Shown piece by piece: positions 15,423-24,302 of a DNA stretch of 32,000 bases; position 1 is the first letter of the stretch; the number at the start of each line of letters is the position of its first letter. A model generated the notes under the pieces. That model worked only from the letters and a program-made list of their open reading frames with translations. It searched no databases and had not been told where the DNA came from. The position numbers were made by a program, and so were the translations under genes. The stretch covers positions 1,830,001 through 1,862,000 of the forward strand of contig NZ_CP089976.1 in the NCBI RefSeq assembly GCF_022701215.1. Reading direction: 5' to 3'. The stretch is from Moraxella nasovis (GTDB lineage Bacteria; Pseudomonadota; Gammaproteobacteria; Pseudomonadales; Moraxellaceae).

Positions 15423-16523
15423 ATGACCAATAAAAGCCCATTACAACGATATAATGAAGCCCTTGCGACAGGTAACTTTAGTCAAGATGATGTACAGGCT
15501 ACGGCAGTGGCATATTTAGATGAGCTGTATCATACGATCGTTGCAAATAATAGCGAACAAAACCAAGGATTTTTTGCTAAGTTATTTAAGTCTAAGCCTA
15601 CTGCTCCAAAGGGTCTGTATATGTGGGGTGGGGTGGGTCGTGGCAAAACGTGGCTGATGGATATGTTTTATGACAGCTTGCCTATTGAGCGTAAGATGAG
15701 AATGCATTTTCATCATTTCATGCAGTTTGTGCAAGCAGAGCTGGTAAAGCTACAAGGGCAATCTGACCCGCTAAATAAAGTAGCGGACATTATCCACGAT
15801 AGGGCGGTGGTGATTTGCTTTGATGAGTTTTTCGTGTCTAATGTGTCTGATGCGATGATTTTAGGAGATCTATTTACCATGCTGTTTGAGCGTGGTATTA
15901 CATTGGTTGCAACGTCAAACATCGCTCCAGAAGGTCTGTATAAAAACGGCATTCACCGTGATCGTTTCTTGCCTGCCATCGCCCAAGTTCAAAAGCACAC
16001 CACTGTGATGAACATTGATGCTGGCACAGACTATCGCCTAAGATTGCTAAAGCAAGCTAAGCTTTATAGTTCTCCTTTGGTTAAAGAAACTAAAGATTGG
16101 CTGTCTGAGCGATTTGATGCCCTTGCAGGCGGTCAGAAGGTTATGACAACGCCCATCACAGTTGCTGGACGCAAGATTGATGTGATTAAACGTACCGAGA
16201 CCACGCTGTTGGCAGATTTTCGTGCTTTATGTTTACAGCCGCGTTCAGCAAGTGACTTTATTGAGATTGCCAATAATTATAGCACTGTGATGGTTGATAA
16301 TGTTCCTGCTTTAACAGATGTTTTGGCAGATCCAACTCGCCGATTCATCTATCTTGTGGATGAGTTTTATGACCGCAGAGTAAAGCTGTTGGTGCGTGCA
16401 GAACAGTCAATTTTAGAGCTGTATCAAGGCGAGAAATTGGCATTTGAGATTGAGCGTACTCGGTCACGCTTGCTTGAGATGCAATCAGAAGATTATTTAA
16501 GCCAAGAGCATCGACTGGACTGA
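15423..16523 (+). CDS. zapE: Cell division protein ZapE (AFG1-like ATPase)
   Basis: 366 aa. The Walker A GLYMWGGVGRGKTWLMD, the Walker B VICFDEF and the size are typical of ZapE/YhcM. Confidence 0.88.
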   Translation: MTNKSPLQRYNEALATGNFSQDDVQATAVAYLDELYHTIVANNSEQNQGFFAKLFKSKPTAPKGLYMWGGVGRGKTWLMDMFYDSLPIERKMRMHFHHFMQFVQAELVKLQGQSDPLNKVADIIHDRAVVICFDEFFVSNVSDAMILGDLFTMLFERGITLVATSNIAPEGLYKNGIHRDRFLPAIAQVQKHTTVMNIDAGTDYRLRLLKQAKLYSSPLVKETKDWLSERFDALAGGQKVMTTPITVAGRKIDVIKRTETTLLADFRALCLQPRSASDFIEIANNYSTVMVDNVPALTDVLADPTRRFIYLVDEFYDRRVKLLVRAEQSILELYQGEKLAFEIERTRSRLLEMQSEDYLSQEHRLD

Positions 16524-16538
16524 TCATACGGAAAATTC

Positions 16539-17111
16539 ATGGTAAATTCAATCATTGAAACAATACAAAAACGCCGCAGTATTGGTAAGCTTTATTCGCC
16601 AATGCCAAATAATGAAGAGCTTTTTACTGCAATTGGCTGTGCAACTGTCGCTCCTGATCATAAGCAGCTACAGCCTTATCATTTTACAGTTTTGACAGAT
16701 GTTAAGCTTGAAGAATTTGGACGAGTGTTATTGCAAGCAGGCGAGCAAAGAGCAAAGCGACTTGGGGAGGGCTTAACTAAAGCTGCTCGCCAAAAATTTA
16801 TCAATATGCCAAACCGTGCTCCGATGATTATCGCTGTAACAAGCTGTTATCGCACACACGATAAAGTGCCTAAATTTGAACAAATATTAGCGATCGGTGC
16901 GTCAATTCAAAACTTACTTTTGGCATTCACCAGTATGGGCTATCAGAGTATCTGGCGGACGGGTGATTTATGTAATGAGTCTGCTGTGAAGCACTATTTT
17001 GGAGTGGATGATGATAATATCGTCTGTGGCTTTATCTATGTCGGTTCAAGCGATGTAATTATGCCAGATCGTGAGATATCTGATTTGCATGACATTGTGA
17101 CGATAAAATAA
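16539..17111 (+). CDS. NAD(P)H nitroreductase, YdjA-like
   Basis: 190 aa. RRSIGKL, APDHKQLQPYHF, NRAPMIIAV, KVPKFEQILAIGASIQN, IWRTG and IVCGFIYVG parallel E. coli YdjA. Confidence 0.85.
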   Translation: MVNSIIETIQKRRSIGKLYSPMPNNEELFTAIGCATVAPDHKQLQPYHFTVLTDVKLEEFGRVLLQAGEQRAKRLGEGLTKAARQKFINMPNRAPMIIAVTSCYRTHDKVPKFEQILAIGASIQNLLLAFTSMGYQSIWRTGDLCNESAVKHYFGVDDDNIVCGFIYVGSSDVIMPDREISDLHDIVTIK

Positions 17112-17122
17112 TATAGCAAGGA

Positions 17123-18400
17123 ATGATGATGAAATTACCAAAGCAAAACGTCAAAAAACTTGCCGAAGTTGCCTTACAAGGCAAAGATACGATGCTTGCC
17201 ATCGCAGGTGAGAGAGGTATCTTAGAGCAGCTTAAAGGCTTTACACACCGCCAAGCCAAAAAACAACAAGCAATTCAAGAAGAAAGTGACACACCACCCT
17301 TAAGAGTGACGTTTATTGGTGGGGGTAGTTTTGGCACAGCGATGGCAAATTTAGCCGCTAAAAATGGCTGCGATGCAACGCTTTGGGTGCGTGATAAACG
17401 CAGTGTAAAATCCATGCAAAAAACGCACATCAACAAAAAATATCTACCAGAGCATAAGCTAGACGAGCGTCTAAAATTTAGCCATGATTTACAAAGTGCT
17501 GTTAGGGGTAAGGATATTATTTTCATGGCAGTGCCAAGTTCGGCATTTCGTGAGATGCTTGGAAAAATCCGCCCATTTATTACGCATCAGGCGGTTGTTT
17601 CTTTGACTAAAGGCATGGAGAAAGGCACATTTGATCTAATGAGTGATATCATCACCGAAGAGCTGCCGCAGGTGAATTTTGGGGTGATGAGTGGACCAAA
17701 CTTAGCGGTAGAAATCATGAGTAATATGCCATCAGCCACGGTTATTGCTTCATCATCACCACTGCTAAGAAATGCTGTCCAAGAGGCATTGCACGGTGCA
17801 TTTTTTCGGGTGTTTGCATCCGACGATGTCAGAGGTGTGGAGCTTGGCGGAGCATTGAAGAACATTTATGCGATTGCCATGGGTATGGCAGCTGCCTATG
17901 AAGTGGGCGATAATACCAAAGCCATGTTACTGACTCGAGCCTTGGCAGAGATGAGTCGATTTGGCGTAGCAGTAGGGGCAAATCCGATAACTTTCTTAGG
18001 TCTGTCTGGTGTGGGCGATTTGTATGCCACGTGTAATTCGGTGCTTAGTCGTAATTACCGTATTGGTAAAATGCTAGGTAAGGGTGTTAAGCTTGAAACC
18101 GCCATTAAAAAGTTAGGTCAAACCGCTGAAGGGGTAAATACCATTCAGCAGGTGCATGAAAGAGCACAGCAGCTTGGTATATATATGCCAATCACCCATG
18201 CATTGCACGCTATTTTATATGAGAATAAATCGGCACTAGGTGTGGCGTTAAACTTAATGGAGACAGGCTTTAGAAGCGATGTAGAGTTTGTCATGCCCCA
18301 TGATGAGAGCAATGTTAAGCTGAGTCAGGAGTTTAGCGAAGTATTAAAAGCGAGTGCTGATAACACCAAAAGACCACAAGATGATGCAAGCGAGTTGTAA
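17123..18400 (+). CDS. gpsA: NAD(P)H-dependent glycerol-3-phosphate dehydrogenase
   Basis: It carries the Rossmann motif VTFIGGGSFGTAMANLAAKNG, then GPNLAVEI, GGALKNIYAIAMG and EGVNT. At 425 aa it is about 60 aa longer at the N-terminus and about 30 aa longer at the C-terminus than typical GpsA, so the start codon is uncertain. Confidence 0.9.
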   Translation: MMMKLPKQNVKKLAEVALQGKDTMLAIAGERGILEQLKGFTHRQAKKQQAIQEESDTPPLRVTFIGGGSFGTAMANLAAKNGCDATLWVRDKRSVKSMQKTHINKKYLPEHKLDERLKFSHDLQSAVRGKDIIFMAVPSSAFREMLGKIRPFITHQAVVSLTKGMEKGTFDLMSDIITEELPQVNFGVMSGPNLAVEIMSNMPSATVIASSSPLLRNAVQEALHGAFFRVFASDDVRGVELGGALKNIYAIAMGMAAAYEVGDNTKAMLLTRALAEMSRFGVAVGANPITFLGLSGVGDLYATCNSVLSRNYRIGKMLGKGVKLETAIKKLGQTAEGVNTIQQVHERAQQLGIYMPITHALHAILYENKSALGVALNLMETGFRSDVEFVMPHDESNVKLSQEFSEVLKASADNTKRPQDDASEL

Positions 18401-18401
18401 A

Positions 18402-18881
18402 ATGAAATTGATTTTTATACGACATGGGCAAGCACACCCCATAAAAGACACCGATGCTGTGCGAGAGCTGACCGCATTTGGTCGCAAGCAAGCATCCAGC
18501 ACTGCCGATTGGCTTAGTGTTCACTATCAGATTGATCTAATTATCTCAAGCCCTTATACTCGAGCAATACAGACTGCTGATATCATTGCTGATAAGGTAG
18601 GCAGCCCCCAACGCTTGCAAATAGATGGCATTACACCTGATGATAATCCGATGGCAGGTGTGCAAGCGATTGATGAAGCGATTTTGCAGTATTTTGATGG
18701 AAAAGCAGATGATAAAACGGTGGCAATCGTTTGCCATATGCCTATTATCTCTAGCATGGTGGCGATACTAGATGGTAACACTCCTACATATTTTGACTTG
18801 GCAGCGTGTTCTGTATTAGATGCTATGGTTGTGGCACCTGAATATGCTAAGCAGATAAATAGGTTTATACCTTCTCAATAA
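18402..18881 (+). CDS. sixA: Phosphohistidine phosphatase SixA
   Basis: MKLIFIRHGQA...(RHG motif)...CHMPIIS. I place the start at ATG 18402, 1 nt after the gpsA stop, rather than at the track's 18354, which overlaps gpsA. Confidence 0.85.
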   Translation: MKLIFIRHGQAHPIKDTDAVRELTAFGRKQASSTADWLSVHYQIDLIISSPYTRAIQTADIIADKVGSPQRLQIDGITPDDNPMAGVQAIDEAILQYFDGKADDKTVAIVCHMPIISSMVAILDGNTPTYFDLAACSVLDAMVVAPEYAKQINRFIPSQ

Positions 18882-18895
18882 AATTAATTTTTTAC

Positions 18896-18924
18896 TTGTA
18901 AAATGATAAAATCTTTCGTATAAT
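18896..18924 (+). promoter_or_regulatory. Sigma70 promoter of ffs
   Basis: TTGTAA (18896-18901), 17 nt, TATAAT (18919-18924). Confidence 0.65.
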
Positions 18925-18926
18925 AG

Positions 18927-19040
<114 letters not shown>

Positions 19041-19127
19041 TTTTGTCTAAAATTTGCCATAAGCGATCAATTTTGCCAAAAGGACGAAAATTGGCTATAA
19101 TAATGCTTTATCATTACAGAGATTCTC

Positions 19128-19790
19128 ATGACAGATCCAAAACTTGCCCAAAAACAAGCTGCCGCCAAAGCTGCCTTGACATACATAAAAGATGATATGA
19201 TTTTAGGTGTAGGTACAGGCAGTACCGTGAATTGCTTGATTGAACTTTTAGGGCAAGTTCGCCTAAAAGGAGCGGTTGCTTCATCTTGTGTTACAGAAGA
19301 TAAGCTGCGTGCATTAGGTATTGAGATTTTTGATTTAAATTGTGTTGGTGAGCTTGATTTATATATTGACGGAGCTGATGAGATTGATGGGCTTGGCAAC
19401 ATGATTAAAGGTGGGGGCGGTGCCTTGACACGTGAGAAGATAGTCGCTGCTGCGTCTAAGCGTTTTATCTGCATGGTTGATGACTCAAAAACCGTAACCA
19501 AGCTTGGCGTATTCCCTGTTGCTGTTGAAGTACTGCCACAAGCTCGTTCTTATGTTGCTCGTGAGCTTGTTAAGCTTGGTGGTAGCCCTGTATATAGATC
19601 AGGTTTTGTGACAGATTACGGTAATCTAATCCTTGATACCTATGATTTAGACATCAGCAATCCAGCGGAACTTGAAGAAAAGCTTAATAATATTGTTGGT
19701 GTCGTCTGTAATGGCATATTTGCTAAGCAAAAAGCGTCTGTAATGCTAAAGGCGATGGACGGACAAGTTTTGAGTGAGAATTTTAATTAA
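19128..19790 (+). CDS. rpiA: Ribose-5-phosphate isomerase A
   Basis: 220 aa with the RpiA hallmarks [15 protein letters not shown] and [13 protein letters not shown]. Confidence 0.95.
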   Translation: MTDPKLAQKQAAAKAALTYIKDDMILGVGTGSTVNCLIELLGQVRLKGAVASSCVTEDKLRALGIEIFDLNCVGELDLYIDGADEIDGLGNMIKGGGGALTREKIVAAASKRFICMVDDSKTVTKLGVFPVAVEVLPQARSYVARELVKLGGSPVYRSGFVTDYGNLILDTYDLDISNPAELEEKLNNIVGVVCNGIFAKQKASVMLKAMDGQVLSENFN

Positions 19791-19807
19791 TTTAATCTAT
19801 GGAGTAA

Positions 19808-20023
19808 ATGATGATTGATACATTAACCTTAAGAGTTGAAGGAATGACCTGTGATGGCTGTGTTTCTTCTGTGTATAACGCAATTAATGAATTGGCAGGC
19901 GTAAAAAATGTTGATGTCAATCTCCCACTAAAAACTGCGGTGATTGACTATGATGATACTCAGCTTGATAAGATTGAGCTGATTAATGCGGTGGAAGAAG
20001 CAGGATTTTCAGTAACGCCTTAA
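19808..20023 (+). CDS. Heavy-metal-associated (HMA) domain metallochaperone, CopZ-like
   Basis: 71 aa with the MTCDGC (MxCxxC) metal-binding motif and the size of a ferredoxin-like fold. Confidence 0.8.
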   Translation: MMIDTLTLRVEGMTCDGCVSSVYNAINELAGVKNVDVNLPLKTAVIDYDDTQLDKIELINAVEEAGFSVTP

Positions 20024-20063
20024 ATCATAAAGTTTTAAACCATAAAACTTTAAACCACACAAT

Positions 20064-20096
20064 AAAAAAAACGCCCAAAATGTTGGGTGTTTTTTA
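20064..20096. terminator. Bidirectional rho-independent terminator between the convergent copZ-like and PLD genes
   Basis: An A-run (20064-20071), the stem acgcccaa/ttgggtgt (20071-20090, loop aatg, one G-U pair), then a T-run (20091-20095). Confidence 0.75.
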
Positions 20097-20128
20097 TTTG
20101 TCAGCTTACCCATTTGACATAAAAATGT

Positions 20129-21703
20129 TTATAACAACCAATCAATCGGTAATAAGCTTAATGTATATGTGATGGCACGGTCTTTTTTGGTGGTATTTGG
20201 TTCTGTATCGTAGGTAACGATTTTGCCATCTTCTATGGTCTGCCAGATGATTTTACCGTTAGGGTTAAGGCTTAGTTTATAGGCGATATGAAGCATATCT
20301 TGACTATCTAGTCCTTGGTGTAACTGCGTCGCTAGTGATTCATCATCAATAACCACGCCAAGCTCGGTATTAATATTGGCAGAACGAGGGTCGATGTTGT
20401 ATGAGCCGATAAAGACCTTGTTATCGTCTATGGCAAATATTTTAGCGTGTAGGCTTGTATTGGAATGATGAGCGGTTCGCCACAATTTATTAGTCTGTTG
20501 GCTTGCAGTACTGGCAGTGGATTTAAGTTCGTACAGGCTAATGTCTGATGATAGTAAGTCTTGACGCCAGTGAGCATAGCCAGAATGCACAACACCGACA
20601 TCGGTAGCATGAAATGAGTTGGTGAGAATGTTGATTTTTACGCCGCTATTAGCAAGTTTTTGTAGGGTTGCCACGCCTTGTTGGGTAGGTACAAAATAAG
20701 ATGAAATCATACTTAGCTGGCGATTCGGTGTACCGATGGCTTTACGCAACTTGGTTACAAGCAACCCATCTTGGGTGATACTTTTGTCAAGCTTACCAGC
20801 GTCATCTGCAAAAAATCGGATATTTGCCCAGCGAAAGGGCAGTTTTTCATCACGCAAATCGGTGCCGATGGTGGATTCTTCTACTGCTTTACGATAGGTT
20901 CTTAGTGCTTTATCGTCAATACTGAGTTTATGGCTGTTTTGAATCTCCATTAGGGTATCTTCTTTTAGCACCGATAAAAAATCATCCGTAGTTGGCTTGA
21001 CTAGTGTCTCAATGTCATAACTTAGGCTTGATGCCCAATAGGTCTCAAAGCTGTCAGTAATCTCATGCACAACAGATCCTGTGAGCATGACATCAAGATC
21101 TGCAAAGGTGTTGTATTTATCGTTATTTAGATATTCGTTGCCAATGTTGCGTCCACCGATGATGCTGATACTATCATCAAAGGTCATGCTCTTGTTGTGC
21201 ATACGCACGTTTGTGCGCAAAGGATTGGCGATGTAATTAATGGTTCGGTTTTTACGATATACAAAAGGGTTGGCTAGGCGAACGGTGATATTTGGGTGAC
21301 TAGAAAAATACAGCAACACTTGATCTAGACCTTCTGAGCCATTTAAGTCATCTAGTAAAAAACGCACCTTGACCCCGCGTTCGGCAGCTTCCCACAAGTC
21401 TTTCATCATCAGCTGTCCTGCTTCATCATTATGCCAGATATAGTACTGTATATCGATACTGCGTGTGGACATATCCGATAAAATACTGCGGGCAGCAAAG
21501 GCATTAGCCCCAGTAGAAAGCGGGTAATAACCAGACCGATCTGACTTAAAGCGACCTTGACGACTTTGTTTATGTAGCTGCTGCACTTTTTGAGTTAGGG
21601 CGATACTGTCAGCTAGGTGTGGGTTTTTTGGCAGGCTTTGACAGCTCATTAGACCAAAGCCCATTGCTATTAATAAGCCCGCTTGGCACAAAAATTTTGT
21701 CAT
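20129..21703 (-). CDS. Phospholipase D-family lipoprotein with two HKD motifs
   Basis: The HKD motifs are HNKSMTFDDSISIIGGRNIGNEY and HAKIFAIDDNKVFIGSYNIDPRS. I prefer the start at ATG 21703-21701 (MTKFLCQAGLLIAMGFGLMSC, lipobox LMSC) over the track start at 21724. The track start overlaps argD by 20 nt, whereas 21703 sits 1 nt after the argD stop. Confidence 0.88.
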   Translation of the reverse strand: MTKFLCQAGLLIAMGFGLMSCQSLPKNPHLADSIALTQKVQQLHKQSRQGRFKSDRSGYYPLSTGANAFAARSILSDMSTRSIDIQYYIWHNDEAGQLMMKDLWEAAERGVKVRFLLDDLNGSEGLDQVLLYFSSHPNITVRLANPFVYRKNRTINYIANPLRTNVRMHNKSMTFDDSISIIGGRNIGNEYLNNDKYNTFADLDVMLTGSVVHEITDSFETYWASSLSYDIETLVKPTTDDFLSVLKEDTLMEIQNSHKLSIDDKALRTYRKAVEESTIGTDLRDEKLPFRWANIRFFADDAGKLDKSITQDGLLVTKLRKAIGTPNRQLSMISSYFVPTQQGVATLQKLANSGVKINILTNSFHATDVGVVHSGYAHWRQDLLSSDISLYELKSTASTASQQTNKLWRTAHHSNTSLHAKIFAIDDNKVFIGSYNIDPRSANINTELGVVIDDESLATQLHQGLDSQDMLHIAYKLSLNPNGKIIWQTIEDGKIVTYDTEPNTTKKDRAITYTLSLLPIDWLL

Positions 21704-21704
21704 A

Positions 21705-22886
21705 TTAAGCCTGTAACGTGTCATTTATAACCGCTATAAGACGTGCAATAAGCTCGTCTGCATCAGTACGACTAAGATTTAGGGTGGGTAGTAAGCGAAT
21801 GACATTGCCACCTGTGACATTTATGATAAGCTTATAGCGATCTCGAGCATAATCAACAATACGTGTGCAATCTGTGCCATCTGGCATAACCACACCAATC
21901 ATCATGCCTTTACCTCGTACGTTAACGCCTTGGCTACTAAATTCATCTTGGATACGCTTACAGATATAATCACCTTGGTTGGCTGCATTGGTCAGTACTT
22001 CGTGTGTAAGATTGTCATACACTGTGCAGACAATACGGCAGCCAAAAGGCGTGCCGCCATAAGTTGAGCCATGAGAACCTGCCCCAAATAGGTCTGCTGC
22101 TTTGTTTGCCACCATACATGCCCCTACAGGAAAGCCATTGCCAAGCCCCTTGGCGGTGGTAATTACGTCAGGCTTGACGTTGCTGTGTTGATAGGCAAAA
22201 TATTTACCTGTACGCCCATTGCCTGTTTGTACTTCATCTAGCATAAAAAGCCAGTCGTTGGTTTGGCAAATATCAGCAACTGACTCTAGGTAGTCATCAG
22301 ATGGAACGTGTAAACCGCCTTCGCCTTGGATTGGCTCAAGTAATACAGCACAAATATCAGTATCATCTGAAAGTCGTCTTATCGCTTCAACATCATTAAA
22401 AGGCACTCTAATAAAGTCGTTATCTAAAGTGAAAAACCCTTCACGTGCTTTAGGGTTTGCGGTGGCGGTTACTGTAAGTAAGGTGCGTCCATGAAAGGCA
22501 TTTTGCATGACAATGACTTTTGGATGTGATTTGCCTTTATTATGAGCATACAGACGAGCCAACTTTAAGGCACATTCATTGGCTTCAGCTCCAGAATTAG
22601 CAAAGAATACTTTTTGCATACCAGCGGCACGACATAACATCTCACCTGCCTTTTCTTGCCAAGGAATGCCAAATAGATTACTGGTGTGAATAAGCTTACT
22701 TGCTTGGTCTTGTGTCGCCTTAGTAATGGCAGGGTGGCAGTGCCCAAGTCCACAGACAGCAATCCCTGTCAAGGCGTCTAAGTATTCTACCCCTTGGTCG
22801 TCGCACAGGTAGCTTCCTTGACCTTTTACAAAGTTTATAGGCTGACGAGCGTAAGTTGGCATTAGATAACTCATTATTTTCTCCAA
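21705..22886 (-). CDS. argD: Acetylornithine aminotransferase (class III PLP aminotransferase)
   Basis: 393 aa. MPTYARQPINFVKGQGSYLCDDQGVEYLD...GIAVCGLGHCHP, FFANSGAEANE, DEVQTG.GRTG and TTAKGLGNGFP (PLP lysine region). Confidence 0.88.
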   Translation of the reverse strand: MEKIMSYLMPTYARQPINFVKGQGSYLCDDQGVEYLDALTGIAVCGLGHCHPAITKATQDQASKLIHTSNLFGIPWQEKAGEMLCRAAGMQKVFFANSGAEANECALKLARLYAHNKGKSHPKVIVMQNAFHGRTLLTVTATANPKAREGFFTLDNDFIRVPFNDVEAIRRLSDDTDICAVLLEPIQGEGGLHVPSDDYLESVADICQTNDWLFMLDEVQTGNGRTGKYFAYQHSNVKPDVITTAKGLGNGFPVGACMVANKAADLFGAGSHGSTYGGTPFGCRIVCTVYDNLTHEVLTNAANQGDYICKRIQDEFSSQGVNVRGKGMMIGVVMPDGTDCTRIVDYARDRYKLIINVTGGNVIRLLPTLNLSRTDADELIARLIAVINDTLQA

Positions 22887-22955
22887 AATTTCAGATTGCT
22901 GATGATAAATGGCATTTTAGGCTGGGGATTTTTATATGTGATGAGTTTATGATAT

Positions 22956-23144
22956 TTAGGTTTTTTGATCATCAATCTCATCACTAAAAGGCGTGTCAGC
23001 TGCGGCAATCTTATATTCTTCAGCTGCCCACGAGCCAAGATCAATGAGCTTACATCGCTCTGAACAAAAAGGCTTATTTGGGTTATCTGTCCATGTGGCA
23101 GGTCTTTTACAGGTAGGGCATGGGTATGTTGTTGGTGTTGTCAT
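22956..23144 (-). CDS. yacG: DNA gyrase inhibitor YacG (zinc finger)
   Basis: 62 aa. [10 protein letters not shown]...[24 protein letters not shown] is the YacG C4 zinc-ribbon signature. Confidence 0.9.
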   Translation of the reverse strand: MTTPTTYPCPTCKRPATWTDNPNKPFCSERCKLIDLGSWAAEEYKIAAADTPFSDEIDDQKT

Positions 23145-23329
23145 AACTTAAGCTAAAAATGGTGAAAAATAACTTTTGCATTGTAGCATAATTTTACTTT
23201 GATGATGAGTTTTGGGTGATAAATTAGGCTTGGAGCGTTTAGCTTGGTTTAAAGCTGGTTTAATGGCGAAAATAGTACTTTTGTGGTAAAATTGGCAGTT
23301 TGTGTTGATAATAATAAACGGATTAAGAC

Positions 23330-23893
23330 ATGAGCATTGCGATCATCTATCACTCTAACTATGGGCATACTCGCCGAGTAGCGACAGCCATTGCTAAGGG
23401 TGTGTCTTGTCATACACACGCCCATTTGGTGGATGTAACCAATCTTAGCGATGAAGATTGGGCGTATATGGATAATGCTGATATGCTGGTATTTGGTACA
23501 GCCGTCTATTTAGGCGGTGTAACAGCGGGCTTTAAGATGTTTATGGATGCCACTTCTAAGCGTTGGGTTACTCGAGACTGGCAAGGCAAGCTATCGGCAG
23601 GATTTGCCAACTCTGGCGGGCTGTCTGGTGATAAGCTGGCAGTGTTACAGCATTTATGTTTATTTGCCATGCAGCACGGAATGAACTGGGTTGGTCTGCC
23701 ACTACTACCAACAGGCAGTAGCGAAACTGATCTAAATCGTTTATCTAGCTTTCTTGGTCTGATGACTCAGTCAAATGACGCCCCTGCTGAAGTAACGCCA
23801 TGCCAAGGTGATATTGATACCGCTGTTTGGTTTGGCGAGCATTTGGCAAAAACTGTCATAAATTACCATTCAAATCAAACACAAAGCCACTAA
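23330..23893 (+). CDS. Flavodoxin-like fold protein (WrbA/NAD(P)H-quinone oxidoreductase-like)
   Basis: 187 aa. The N-terminal IAIIYHSNYGHTRRVA (FMN-binding loop) and FGTAVYLGGVTAGFKMFMD resemble the WrbA/flavodoxin family. Confidence 0.7.
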   Translation: MSIAIIYHSNYGHTRRVATAIAKGVSCHTHAHLVDVTNLSDEDWAYMDNADMLVFGTAVYLGGVTAGFKMFMDATSKRWVTRDWQGKLSAGFANSGGLSGDKLAVLQHLCLFAMQHGMNWVGLPLLPTGSSETDLNRLSSFLGLMTQSNDAPAEVTPCQGDIDTAVWFGEHLAKTVINYHSNQTQSH

Positions 23894-24180
23894 AACCAGC
23901 TTTCTAAAATAAAAATTCTATCAATGAGTTTGTTGGTAGATTTTGCGAGTTTTGGTGTTGATTTAGATGGTTTTTTGGCTGATTTTGTTGCTTGTTCTGC
24001 TGCTTTAGAATTATCAGGTGGCACAGAAGAATTAATACCATCAATAGGTAATGGACTTTGATGATAACTGACAGCCTGACAGCCTGATAGCAGCTGTAAC
24101 AGCACCACGAATAAAGATGCAGCTAAACTGCGATATAAACAGTGCTTTATTAAAGCTGGCAAATAGCGTGTGACGTCCAT
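23890..24180 (-). CDS. Small putative lipoprotein
   Basis: 96-aa ORF with a hydrophobic segment ending in the lipobox LLSGC, followed by a Lys/Ser/Pro-rich low-complexity tail. It is convergent with the flavodoxin-like gene, and their 3' ends overlap by 4 nt. Confidence 0.45.
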   Translation of the reverse strand: MDVTRYLPALIKHCLYRSLAASLFVVLLQLLSGCQAVSYHQSPLPIDGINSSVPPDNSKAAEQATKSAKKPSKSTPKLAKSTNKLIDRIFILESWF

Positions 24181-24302
24181 AGGCTATATTGGTGATGAAA
24201 TGGGCTGATTATATCATATTTTAATTAAGTGATATGCTTTAGTTTGACCATCACAAACCCCTTAATACCTTAAAAACTGAACCAAATACCAAGTTAAATA
24301 AT